64,000 nucleotides of DNA from Bispira polyomma (Eukaryota). This document shows positions 13,701 to 24,997 of this stretch, piece after piece (within the stretch, counting starts at the first letter, position 1; the number at the start of each line of letters is the position of its first letter). The notes beneath the pieces are model-generated. The model was not told where the DNA came from. It ran no database searches and worked only from the letters and a program-made list of their open reading frames with translations. Made by a program: the position numbers and the translations under genes. The stretch covers positions 55,986,001 through 56,050,000 of the forward strand of contig OZ287751.1 of NCBI GenBank assembly GCA_965649765.1, written 5' to 3'.

Positions 13701-15772
13701 TTAATATTAATATTATCAAAGTGATTGTTGGCAGTTATCTTTAGCCTTGAGAAAATTTCTCTACTTGTGTAAATTTGGCCTTCATCAAGGTCACATGATC
13801 AAAAGCAAAATTTCTACTTACAGTTGCTTTTCACCACTCTTTCTAAAAAAGAATAGTTCTTGTAGATCAACCAAAATTCAATTTTACGATTGACGAGTGA
13901 TTGATAATCCAATGCTATCAAATATATTAAAGGTTATCCCTCCCCCTTTTCACATCTTTCATATGTTAGAGTTTTAAACTTTAATAAATATTGTGTGTGC
14001 GTGGAAAATTTAGAGAGTAGCCAGTCATTGCTGTAACAGCCCCGAAAATAATTGTATAAAAGACAACTTTTTAGGACTAAACCCCATCATTACCTATCAT
14101 ATGTGTATATCATATACACAGGTCAAACTAGAATGGGACAATTAACTATTAACAGTTATTTTTTCAATCAATTGGCAAATGAAAGACAACTTTCATTTTC
14201 TTGACATCTGTTTTCCTGTGCTTGTGACTTTGAATTTCTCGCCCTTTGCTTGGTAATTCCTTAAAGAAATTTTTTGGGGAAGCAACAATAGCTTGAAAAA
14301 AAGGACAATAGGTGTGTTTGTACAAATACATATCAAAATTTAAAAAAATTCTCCACACTTTTGAAATTACCAACATTTATATGTCTGAATCCTATTCTAT
14401 TTTGACCAGTGTATTTCATAATTTCTCTGCTAAGGGACATTGTGTTTTGTTTTACCAAAACTTTGTTGTAGTTTAAATAAATTTTAAAGTTTAATAGGTA
14501 TGTGCAGCTCATTGCGGTTTTATGAAAAACAAACTGTTCACATTAACTTGTGGCTTTACATTGTGTATTAAAAATGTAAAATAAAAATATATAATGAAAA
14601 GTTGATAGTTTTTAGTAAAGTCTTGATCAGTGATACTATTATATTTATGTATTTCTTTGTATGTCAGTGATACATCTAGTGTTTTATATATTTTCAGATG
14701 CGCATCCCCACCGAGCATTTTGAAAACATCCCAGTTTATACACTTAGTCCCTCACCAGTAACCCAAGAAAGTGCAACAGATCTCCATATTTATGAAAGGT
14801 AAGCTCCTTTATTTGATTTGATAACATTAAATACATTAGTAACTTTTTACATTGCTTACAAAAATTTGAAAGGCTTAGAGTTTGAAGTAAGATACCAATA
14901 AATGGTCCACTATTATAATAATGATGTAGGAATTAGTAACAAAAATTTGAAAGGCTTAGAGTTTGAAGTAAGATACCAATAATGGTCCACTATTATAATA
15001 ATGATGTAGGAATTAGTAACTGCATTGTTAGTGTATATGGACATAGCAGTAATTAAATGCTCAAACTTTTGGTAAATCTTCTTTTTTTTCATACAATGAG
15101 AAAGATTTTTTCCCTTCTTCTAATCTGTGAAAATGAAAACCATAATTAAGATGAATACAAAGATATATGTGTAAACTTGAAAGAATAAATCATGATTATT
15201 TTTCCTCGTGTGTTAAATTTTATTGCTATTGTAGAACTGGTTCAGCACCAAGTTCACCAGAATTTCAACGCAGGCGTTTTAACTTTCCCTCAAAATCACC
15301 TGCCTCCTCCATCTCTTCAAAAGACTCGACTCCAGTAAATAACAACAATGGCATTGGTAAACAAACAAGGTTCTCCACATCCCCATCCTCCCAAGCTGAT
15401 TCCACTGACGGCGGTTCTCCAAAAGGGATTGGAACCAAGGAACGCAAACGAGTCGCCCGCTCGGCCACAGTGAGACAGCCGGCCACAGAGAAACCTGCTC
15501 TACAAGGTCCGATCATGAGCATTTGTAAAGACTGTAGGGCAATGGTGTTGAACATTATCAAGGGAAGCAGGATGTCTTTCTCTGTCACCCCAAGCGTTAA
15601 CAAGGTGTCCACAAAGGGAATGACGGCAAGGAGGAAATTTGGCACATTGCCTAAGTCTGTGGGGAGTCAACATACGGTGGGAAGAAGTGAAGACGGCAAG
15701 CCGAGAGAAGATGCAACCAAGCCAAGGCGAGAGTTTCATCTAGATCTTAAACCTGTATATAAAGCAAAGTAA
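1761..15772 (+). CDS. spir: Protein Spire (actin nucleator), 3' part: Spir-box, FYVE-type zinc finger, C-terminal tail; KIND/WH2 exons lie upstream of the window
   Basis: GT-AG exons with consistent phases: 1761-1908, 7896-7990/7994 (possibly alternative), 11344-11690, 12807-12944 ([25 protein letters not shown] = Spir-box), 13435-13536 ([31 protein letters not shown] = FYVE-like), 14698-14798 (MRIPTEHF), 15235-15772 (ICKDCRAMV; ends [12 protein letters not shown]). Confidence 0.92.
3791..5178. mobile_element. Tc1/mariner(pogo)-type MITE (TA TSD) interrupted by a 1.17 kb long-TIR element (3978-5151)
   Basis: TA|CACGGGCGGTCACAATAGTGTCCGGGT ... ACCCAGACACTATTGTGCCCGCCCGTG|TA. The insert is flanked by ACCCGGAC/ACCCAGAC and has ~80 bp TIRs. 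An uninterrupted relative lies at 32847-33059. Confidence 0.8.
7140..7672 (-). mobile_element. tRNA-derived CORE-type SINE interrupted by a ~220 bp MITE (~7336-7559)
   Basis: CCAGGTACTCATTT(T)ATA(C/T)ACCTGG core and head colinear with the copy at 48010-48285. The MITE has TIRs AATGCAGTTTGCCGGTACCAAT / ATTGGTACCGCCAAAGTGCATT and is flanked by CTTTTGT direct repeats. Confidence 0.65.
14858..15020. repeat. Near-perfect ~81 bp tandem duplication in a Spire intron
   Basis: ACAAAAATTTGAAAGGCTTAGAG...GTAGGAATTAGTAAC present twice head-to-tail, differing by one indel. Confidence 0.9.
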
Positions 15773-17050
15773 AAGAAACTAAGGCTGCCATGAAATAAGT
15801 TTTAATGTTTTGTTTTTAATTGTCAAGAAATACGACGACATTAGTGTTCAGTTTTTAAACTAGGGAATATTGGAGTAGAACCATATATTCAATTGCGATA
15901 TGTCAAATACTGGTGTTTTACACATTTTCATTACATGGCATTTGAAGGGTTATTGCATATTGTTAAGAAATTTAAAGCTTGTTTAATATATTCTTTATTT
16001 TATTTATGGAGTTATAATATATTCAGCAGCAATATTAAAAATTAAAAAAAAAGTTGTTGTGGCTGGCTTTGTGTCATGTAAGAAAACATATTGATTCTGG
16101 CTTTGCTTTTGTCATGTAAAGCTTTTCATTTAACAAAAAAGAAGCTGTTGTGTTTAAATAAAACTGTTTGTAATTTAGAGGCTTTATTCTCCAAAAGCAT
16201 TAAGCTTTACTTAGGCTCAGATTTGAAATAGCCATAATTCTTCTCTTATTTGTAAATATACGTAAAGTCTTTGAATTCAGCTTAGAAAACTAGATATTAA
16301 AGTGCATAGTCACAGTCACATATATTTATACAATTGACTATATAGTATAGCCCTTATTCTAATATGACAAGGTTGTATCGCTGATTTTAAGGTATGGTAT
16401 AATTCAAAACTACAACTTTAAAACGGCTGAGGCCGCTTTTTTCTTGACAGTGTTTCTTATGTCTGCATAGATCTAAGTAATTCCCCACAGTGGAAAAGCA
16501 TAATTTAAATAAAACCAGATTTAGGTAAAAGTGTGGTGTTGTCATGTTAGAATTGTAATAACCCATTCCAAATCAAGGATACTTGAATTTAACCGTTGAT
16601 GATAAATTCCTGTTTATTTAGGTTTCTCATGAGTTATTTGTTATTTCAAATCTGAATATTCGAGGTTTTCTTAAAAGCATTTGGATGCCGAATCTGTTGT
16701 CTTTAGTTTCTGTTGTTCTGTTATGAATACATTAGGCAATAAATAGTAATAAATATCAGACCTCCAGATACATGCATGTTTTAAGTTATTGTGTAGTAAG
16801 ATATCAGTAGATGTCACACTTGTAAAGAAGTCCTTGTAAATATATATAACTTATTACTCTAAATGTACATAGTGATTATACGGAAAGTTGGGCTTTGTAA
16901 GTGTTAATATTGACATTCTGGAAACTATTAACCCACACAAAAGTCTGGAAACATGATATCTTACTAAAGTACTAACTTCCTGATTCATGAGAGGGTTGAT
17001 GAATTATATAAAATAAAGTAGGCTGTATTTGGTAAAAAGATTATAAAGAC

Positions 17051-17411
17051 TAGGGCTGGGTTGGTAGCAAAAATTTCCATCCGGGATATAGTTTGTCAAA
17101 AACCGTTCTGATTCTGAGATACCGAAAAAACCAAAACAACCCCAAATACTGCCAACTGAATAGGCCCTCCAGAACAGGAATTATGCAAAACCAAATAAAA
17201 ACAACAGGTGCATTTTGCCTAAAAAAAACTGAAAAGTACTAAATTTCAATATTTTGTCAACATAAAACCTTTTTTTATGAGTCAATACATATAGTTTGTT
17301 ACTTGTTTCCAGTAAAAAGGTTGCATATTCGAAATACCGGTATTAACTTTTGTAGCTGGTCGGCACATAAAATGGTCCCGTACCTACAATGCCGGCGGTA
17401 CCGCAGCCCTA
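17051..17411. mobile_element. Non-autonomous hAT element (MITE), probably within the Spire 3' UTR
   Basis: Termini TAGGGCTG...CAGCCCTA; 8-bp TSD ATAAAGAC / ATGAAGAC. Confidence 0.8.
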
Positions 17412-18514
17412 ATGAAGACTGAAAACATGGTCAGGAACATTACAAAGGGAAGTAATGTTTACTGTTGTACATTTTAAATGTATAAATGATGTGTAATTTC
17501 TTTATGGAAATAACTTCTATGAAATATATATGGACGTCTGGAACTCCTAGTTCCTCTTTTGAACTGAATGGCATTTATTACTGTACATAGACACTGCCTG
17601 TAAAGGTTTTATTATTTGTACATATAGATCTGTTACTGCAACACGATGTAGTTTATAGAGTCCTTGGTTCTTTGGTTATTTCATTAAAACTAGTATGTTC
17701 AGCAATAATATTCAAGGAATACATTTGTGCTTAGTTTTGTGTTAATCCTAAAATTGACAATTATCTTGGGTTACTGTAAAAAGACTGGCAGATCGTAAAT
17801 GCTTAAAATGTGTTTGAAAATTGACAGCTAAGTTTTGGGTGCAAGAACACCCACCAAAAATATACTATAAATTAGAACTAAAATTGCTGAAGTAAAAAGT
17901 TGTGATAATTATACACTTTATTAGATCTTGGTCAAAGCCAATTAGCTTCTTGTTTGGTACATTATTCTGAATACATTAACAACAGCTTTTTAAAAAATTT
18001 CAGGAGCTGTGAACCGAGAAATATTTAAAAAATATATTAGGGGTTTTTTGGTCTCAGTATTTGAACATTTTATTATCATTGCGAGCCTATTTTATCTTTT
18101 CTTTTAGTGAATTTTTGTATTTACTTTATTTTGGTAATAATTTACACCAGTATGTCAAAACAGTGCATGCTTCATCAGTAGGCAAAAGAGACCTCTATTT
18201 AATATCTTAAACTGTAGTGTGAAGTGTCAGGTGCAAGGAAAATCCAGTAAATTTTTGTGGTTTTAGCACTGTGAAAAACATGAGTATGAGGTAATTCTCT
18301 TAAAAATTCTGTTTAGTTTCTGTGAAACATTTCGTATACATGTATTAGTGTTTAGCTCGGATGTATCTGAGCAAAGTGACATTGAGGCAAATATGTACAA
18401 AATAGTCTCTAAAGTGTTTCAGCATGTAAACATAATACACAAAATGGTGTTTTTTATTGTGCATCATACACAGCAAAAATACTGATAATAAGAGGGAATA
18501 TAATAACATATATT

Positions 18515-18797
18515 AAGGTAGAAACACACTGGGCCGCACCCGGATCCGTATAATTATCGAAAAACGGATATTATCCGTTTTCTATTCACACTGGACAAAG
18601 AATCCGGCTGAATCATGTGAAAGTTTAAGCTACTTTGCAGGTGCTTGGTAGGGATCCGGATCGGTAAAAAAATTAAAAATAAAATGTGTCAATTTTTACG
18701 GACTGGATCAACGATCTCGTCTTTTGTGTGAATGCTTACAGTTTTATTTGTGTCAAAATTATACAGATCCGCGATATGGCTTGTGTGAATGAACTTC
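18515..18797. mobile_element. Degenerate PIF/Harbinger-like MITE
   Basis: Imperfect TIRs with CACACT / TGTGTGAATG and repeated GGATCCG/CGGAT motifs. Confidence 0.4.
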
Positions 18798-19620
18798 AAC
18801 TTGAACTGTTCAGGATATTGCCAGGGGCCGTATTCACAAATGATCTTAGTTGTAAGATTGTGGTCTTTGATTTTGGCCGAAAAGGTGAAGCTTTTAGTCC
18901 CAGTGAGAAAAGATCTTTGCTTGGTGTTAAATTTGCTCCTAACATTTAGACTAACAGTAGGCAATCTTATATGTTTTACATGCAAATGTTATTGTGAATC
19001 TAGCCGATGTGTTATGATGTAGATCTTGTGTTAATAGTAAGTCTTTGGTCATGCTTAAAAAATAATATCAAAGCTTTGTGTTGATGTATGTATTATATGT
19101 GCAATAATAGTATCTGAATTGTCACTACATATTACAGTCTTGGAAGCCCTAGCTGAAGACTTCTGTTATGAGCCAAGCTATGTCTCCTTTGTTAAAGTTT
19201 TAATGCATAAAATAATGGAAGATTTTTTATAAATATGACTTTCCCAGAAGAACACCTTTTTAAGGCACAATGAGAAATATCAACACTCTCGAAACCGGAT
19301 GAGCCTCTGGTTTTAAAATCTTTGCTCACAGTTGACTATGAATCCAAAGTTTATTTTGATTATTGCAAAATTAAGTAGTCCTGAGATATGAAACGTCCAC
19401 TTCTGTTCCATAACCTTCCAGTATCCAAACAAATTCTCGCTCTTCTAGGCTAATCAGATAATAAAGGTTCTTCTGCACTTGTATCAGGTAATGTCTTAAA
19501 CTAAGCCTTTTCTAATCACAAACTTATTTTGTACAGACAAATGGATCTTGTTACGTTGTAAAGACATGTACCATATTCTTTGAAAGTGAATTAGAGGAGT
19601 GCAATCTAGGAGAGAACAAA

Positions 19621-19656
<36 letters not shown>

Positions 19657-22649
19657 AAAATCATTCCAAATACATGTATTTAAAATAGTTTACCTTTACA
19701 TAGGGCAACATTGTACCCAGCCAAAATGTTTAAAAACCCAGTGGTACTGATATAGAAAAGTTTTGTGTAAATATATTACTATATAAAGCCGTAAGAATGT
19801 GACGTACTTCGTCTAAAAGATCTGATGTGGAAATCAGTATGAACATGCTTCAGGTAAACAAAAATAGTGTCTAAGTTTTTCTTTTTAATGTGGTATTCTT
19901 GCCTGCAGGCGAGTAGTTTTATAATTTGAAATGTAACAGTACATAACAGCATTTTGTGATGCGAGAACACTAGAAACAAGATTTAGGTACACTAGTTTAG
20001 TAGAACCTTTGTTATCTGAAAAAGTTGCGTGAGGGAAAATGAAAATTAAGGGAAAATTCAAGTGTGTTCATAAAATGGAATATTTTGATAATAGTTCAGC
20101 TAATAATGGTTCTACTCTATCTCCAATACTTCTGGAATATACGTGATCATACATTTTTGTCTTACTATGTATTGACCGAGTAAATCATAGCTGCACTTGT
20201 ATTGTTTCCAGCATTTTAATTTTTAACGTAGAGTGGGATATAATATTACTTAACACATAACGACTACAATATTTATGTAAGTTATTTGCATTTAAAAATG
20301 AAACAGTGACGTGCTTAATAACAGTGAACAAATTTCTGTAGAATACAACTGTCAATTAATATTACGTAGAAGTAAATATACAGAATAGATTAACTGTTAA
20401 AGATTATATATATATATATATATATATATAGTAACTTATGTCACATAGCATTATATTCAGTGCAATTGTCTGTCGTATGTGACTATTTTCTCATCTTTAC
20501 ATGTAAGTAACTTGAAAAGGCTTTGTTGATCAAAATGATATATATATATGTATAGTATTAGTTTAGCGCTTAACAATATACACAGATGTACGGGTAATAC
20601 AAACGCCACCACTTTAACATGAATTAGTGTGTAAAAGTAACTTTTCTTCACTAAAACTAATTCATCTGAATGGTTTTTAACCATAATAAAGTAGAATCTC
20701 TATTGTCTGATCCTGTGTGGATTTTGTAGGTTCTGTTCAGATAATAGAAGTTTCATATAATAAAAAAAAAAAGAGGCATTTTTTGTAATAAACAATAGAA
20801 AAACATAAATTTGGGACGTTGATAGTGTGAATTCTTAAAGTCAAATATTCGGAAAATAGAAGTTTGGATAATAGAAGTTCTACTATATAATGATAACCAT
20901 GTATAGTGTATAGCTTTACCTAAATGTAGTGTATGTAGATATTGATCTGGTACATTGTTATATCATCTATCAGTGCGAAACAGAAATATCTTGTATCTAC
21001 ACTATTAATGCTGTTTTATGAACTTAAAGTTTACCAAAAAAAGAATTGCCGCCAAAATATGTAATCGTAATCGTTTTTTGATCAGTTAGACGTGAAGTTT
21101 ACAATTATCCAAATGATTAGTTTTGTCAATTTTGTAGTGTTAAAGTATCCACTTGTCACAAGAATTTCATTTTTGTTTATATTTTCAACTCCATGGTACG
21201 CATCCAGTAACAGTAGCTTTGTAAATACACTAGTAGGACTATTAGTGATTATATCAGTTTGAGAGGTTATCAAAGTATCTGTGGTGGAATTTGAGCAAAT
21301 ATCAAAGTTGAAGTTGATGAAGATTACCCGATTTATGTAAACATTTATATAAAAGTTTCATTTATTTTCTCTTGAGTATAGAACAATCGGGGAATGTGTT
21401 CCAGTACAGAGAATGACAGTGTCAGCTGATAATCGGGTTAATCTTTTATAAATTGTTATCTCTCCATTGACATACCTCAAGCTGTTTTACCTTAGTGACA
21501 TAGCTCAATCAATCCATGTCTCACAAATGTTATGGTAAGCTAACCTGGTTGTAGTATCAATCAATAAAATGTCAGCAAATGGTCATGTGGTGTATCACAA
21601 TAGCAAAGATCAACCTAGATTTGATAATCAGACAATTGTCAGCCGACCATTAGTAGACGTACAATTATTAGCCTTTACAACTTTTGAGTTTTTGACACTG
21701 GCCCTTCTAGTCAAACACTTTGAAATTGTAATACAAGAGGTTTTAATCGATGGGAGGTAGTGTATGTCTGTACATATACCCATATCAAAAAAAAAAAAAA
21801 TGTACTTCTGAAAAGTAAAACTTTAAATATGTTTAGTTTAAAAAATTGTTGTGGTATTAGTAAAATTGCTGGGAAGTATAGATTTATGACTTCAGGATTA
21901 CGTTATAGTTGTGTATAGATTTTTGAACTGGCATTTCTTCTTGTATTGGGAGTCCGTTTTAGCGGTATAATTCAGTGAACAATTCAGTCTACTGCCAAGT
22001 ATTAAGGTGTAAATGTAGATTCACCACTCTTTCATATGTTGATCAGTTACTCGTAAAAGAATAGCTCCATGTGATTTGAAAGAATAAAATTAATTTAACA
22101 TACAAAGATTCTAGGATGCATTCTTTTTACATACTGTGTGGACCTAAAGATTTATGGAAAAATCTGTCAAACGGCATCATGTGAACTTGTCTTCTATCCC
22201 ATGCTATATTTGTCTTCTATCCCATGCTATATTTGTTGGTGAATTTTAATGGCTGGGTACATAAAAAGTGTCACAGAGGATTTAGTGAACACACCTATTG
22301 AACTATTAATTGACACCTTCTACTTTTTGGCTGAATGGTAAACCAGCCTGTGTAAACAATGTCCTAAACAAAGAATTTCAGGGAACATGAATTGTTTGGG
22401 GGTGACTGATTTGTTCCAGTGAATAAAATGTGTTGAACATAGATTGTTGTGGAACCACTACTTTTCCTGTACATGCTACTGATGGATACTAATTAGTAAA
22501 TTAATGGACCTTCTAGGCCATCAGTACTAAAGTGTAGTTTAGTGTACATTGGACACTGGTAAACACTAACTTGTAATTTAATGAACCTGTTTGACTTTCT
22601 TGTACTAAACTGTGGTTTGCTTGTACATTAGAAATCTTTATCAGTCATA

Positions 22650-23960
22650 ATGTCCTCTAGAGGATCACAGAGTGGTGCCAGGTCTATGAGCTCTGGAGCT
22701 CCTACTAAAACTCCTAAAAGAGATCACACCCTGGTCTCTCCGCCTTCACCACAATTGTCTGCCTCAGATATTAAAAAGGTTGTTCTAAATGTTCTTCATG
22801 ACGAGCTTAAGCCTATTTGCGAGGCTGTTGCATCAGTGGAAAAGAATCTGGGTTCTGCAATTGAAAACCTACAGGAGTCGGTTAATAGTATAAAGCAGGA
22901 GTTATCCACTGTAACTGAATCTCTTGATGCAAAGATTAGTGATGTTGTAATAGGGAACTCAATCTTGAAAAAAAAACAATTGCAAACTGAGACTCAAGTT
23001 AGCAAGCTCACTGACCGGATTATATCCCTTGAAAGCCACATGAGACAAGACAATTTAAAGTTTTTGAATATTAAAACTGCAAACAATGGTGCTGCAGAAG
23101 ATTGCGAAGCTTTAGTTTTAGCTATATGTAAAGACATGAACATTATTCTAGATAGTAGAGCCATAGTGCGAGCTCACCGAACTGGTCCCAAAAGGGATAA
23201 CAGCCAGCCTATTATCGTAAAGTTTAACCACTTTAAGGACAAGTTAAAAGTTTTAAAAGCAAAAAATGACTTTAGAGAAATAGGAATTTTGGTCGTTGAA
23301 GATTTCCCCATTGAAGTCCTGGAACGCAGGAAAGTATTTTCACCAATACTGAAAGTGGCATACAATTCTCAGGGGAAATATAAAGCAAGGCTAGTGATGG
23401 ACAAGCTTCACTTAAATGGCAAGGTATACAACACTGATGACATTGTGACCCTGCCTGATGAACTTCAACCTGTGCACATCTCTACTGTCACTAGAAATGG
23501 AATCGCTGCCTTCTTCACGTACAGGTCACCTCTATCCAATCATTACCCTCGTGATATCACAGTTGATGGCCAGGACTTTTCATCTACTGAACAATTTTTG
23601 ATGCATAGAAAGGCAGCATATTTCAACGACAAGGTGACGGCTGAAAGAATTCTAAAAACAGCAGATCCAAAGCATGCTAAATCACTAGGACGTAAGGTTA
23701 ACAACTTTGACTTGAGCTCCTGGACTGAGGTATGCAACGACTTTCTGAAGATTGCACTACAAGCAAAATTTCAGCAACACAAGGATCTAGCCAAATTCCT
23801 AAAGGATACTGGGGACACAAGAATTGTAGAGGCTAACCCACATGACAAGTACTGGGGAGTTGGTCTGACCATCCATGACAGAAAAATTTGGGATGAAAAG
23901 AATTGGACTGGAAAAAACACTGTAGGTAAACTTTTAGAAGAAGTGCGAAGTTCAGTTTAA
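22650..23960 (+). CDS. LINE ORF1p (coiled coil + L1/Transposase_22-type RRM + CTD) fused to a C-terminal NADAR/YbiA-family domain, 436 aa, intact
   Basis: ORF1p motifs RQDNLKFLNI, IVRAHRTG, PIIVKF, VVEDFP...ERRK, DKLHLNGKVY. NADAR motifs from aa ~287 (nt ~23508): FF..SPLSNHY, DGQDFSSTEQF, AKSLGRKV, AKFQQH, IVEANPHDKYWGVG, GKNTVGKLLEEVR. Confidence 0.9.
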   Translation: MSSRGSQSGARSMSSGAPTKTPKRDHTLVSPPSPQLSASDIKKVVLNVLHDELKPICEAVASVEKNLGSAIENLQESVNSIKQELSTVTESLDAKISDVVIGNSILKKKQLQTETQVSKLTDRIISLESHMRQDNLKFLNIKTANNGAAEDCEALVLAICKDMNIILDSRAIVRAHRTGPKRDNSQPIIVKFNHFKDKLKVLKAKNDFREIGILVVEDFPIEVLERRKVFSPILKVAYNSQGKYKARLVMDKLHLNGKVYNTDDIVTLPDELQPVHISTVTRNGIAAFFTYRSPLSNHYPRDITVDGQDFSSTEQFLMHRKAAYFNDKVTAERILKTADPKHAKSLGRKVNNFDLSSWTEVCNDFLKIALQAKFQQHKDLAKFLKDTGDTRIVEANPHDKYWGVGLTIHDRKIWDEKNWTGKNTVGKLLEEVRSSV

Positions 23961-24997
23961 TTACTGTTTTGACAAACTAACTGATTGCTACAATTTTCAA
24001 TCAACAACATAGTTATCTATCACTTCTAGCCGTTAAAGTGCATTTTTAAGATAAAAGATAGTTTTCAATCATCATATGTGCATTGGATAAAATATTCATA
24101 TATAAATGTGTATAAAGACAGCATCTGTAAAGTTTTGAAAGACCAGTTGTAATCTACACCATATACTAATACTTTATTGTGTATTCAATATATGTTAAAT
24201 GACACTGCCAGTTGCTATATAGTATGTAACACTAAATTTATTGTAAATTATTAAAAACTAAAGTATGTCAAAATAGGTACATATACGTATCAGTGACTGT
24301 TCTGTTAAACGATGTACTTAAAAATATGACTATAAATATTTACTTAATGATGTAAATTTCTACAATTTTATGGAGAATCTTTTGCCTGTGTAAAGTCATA
24401 AATATATACTTTAATGAGGGAAACTTCTAGGAAAGTTATAGAACATCTTTTGTTTCTTCAGTAGCACTCCACAGATGATTCTGTATTTGGTATATAACGT
24501 GTACTGAATGCCATATTTGCACTTTACTGTTTACCAGTAATATACTGTCCTAATAAATTCTTCATTGGAACCCCATTTTCTTGTATAAAGACAAATAGTA
24601 AGGCTTTCATGTTTTTGGCTATATCAAAATGTGTTAGTTCCACAACAATTCTGTGAGAGTTGATTAATTTGTAACCCCAAACTTTTCTGTTCCTTGTATA
24701 TTAACAATCTCTCTCTGTATATACCTATATAGATATTCTATTAGTTGTTTTTTTTTTCTTATCTTTTTTATTTTGTCAGTTTATTGAGCTTTATTATGTT
24801 ATCATTCATTTTTTCATGCTATTATCCTAAAGGTGTGGTGACCTGTGGCTTTAAAAACTATGACAAAGAGAAACATCCGAAGTAATGGGCTTACTAATAT
24901 GCATATCTCCATAAGAGAATTGGTAGGAAAGTTTTGTTAAAATGGCGTTGGTTATTACTTTTTTTACTATTCCCGTTACAGTGAGTTCTACTTCTCT

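Noticed and set aside
15265-15739. Antisense ORFs over the Spire last exon (likewise those over the LINEs, C5orf22 and aquaporin)
   Set aside because: Shadow frames of real coding sequence with no independent motifs.
22188-22234. 23-bp direct repeat as the TSD of the NADAR LINE
   Set aside because: The two copies are adjacent to each other and no match was seen at the element's 3' end; it is a local tandem duplication.
23508-23960. NADAR domain as bacterial contamination or a free-standing ybiA gene
   Set aside because: It is in frame with a eukaryotic LINE ORF1p, has similar base composition, and sits in continuous intron-containing animal DNA.
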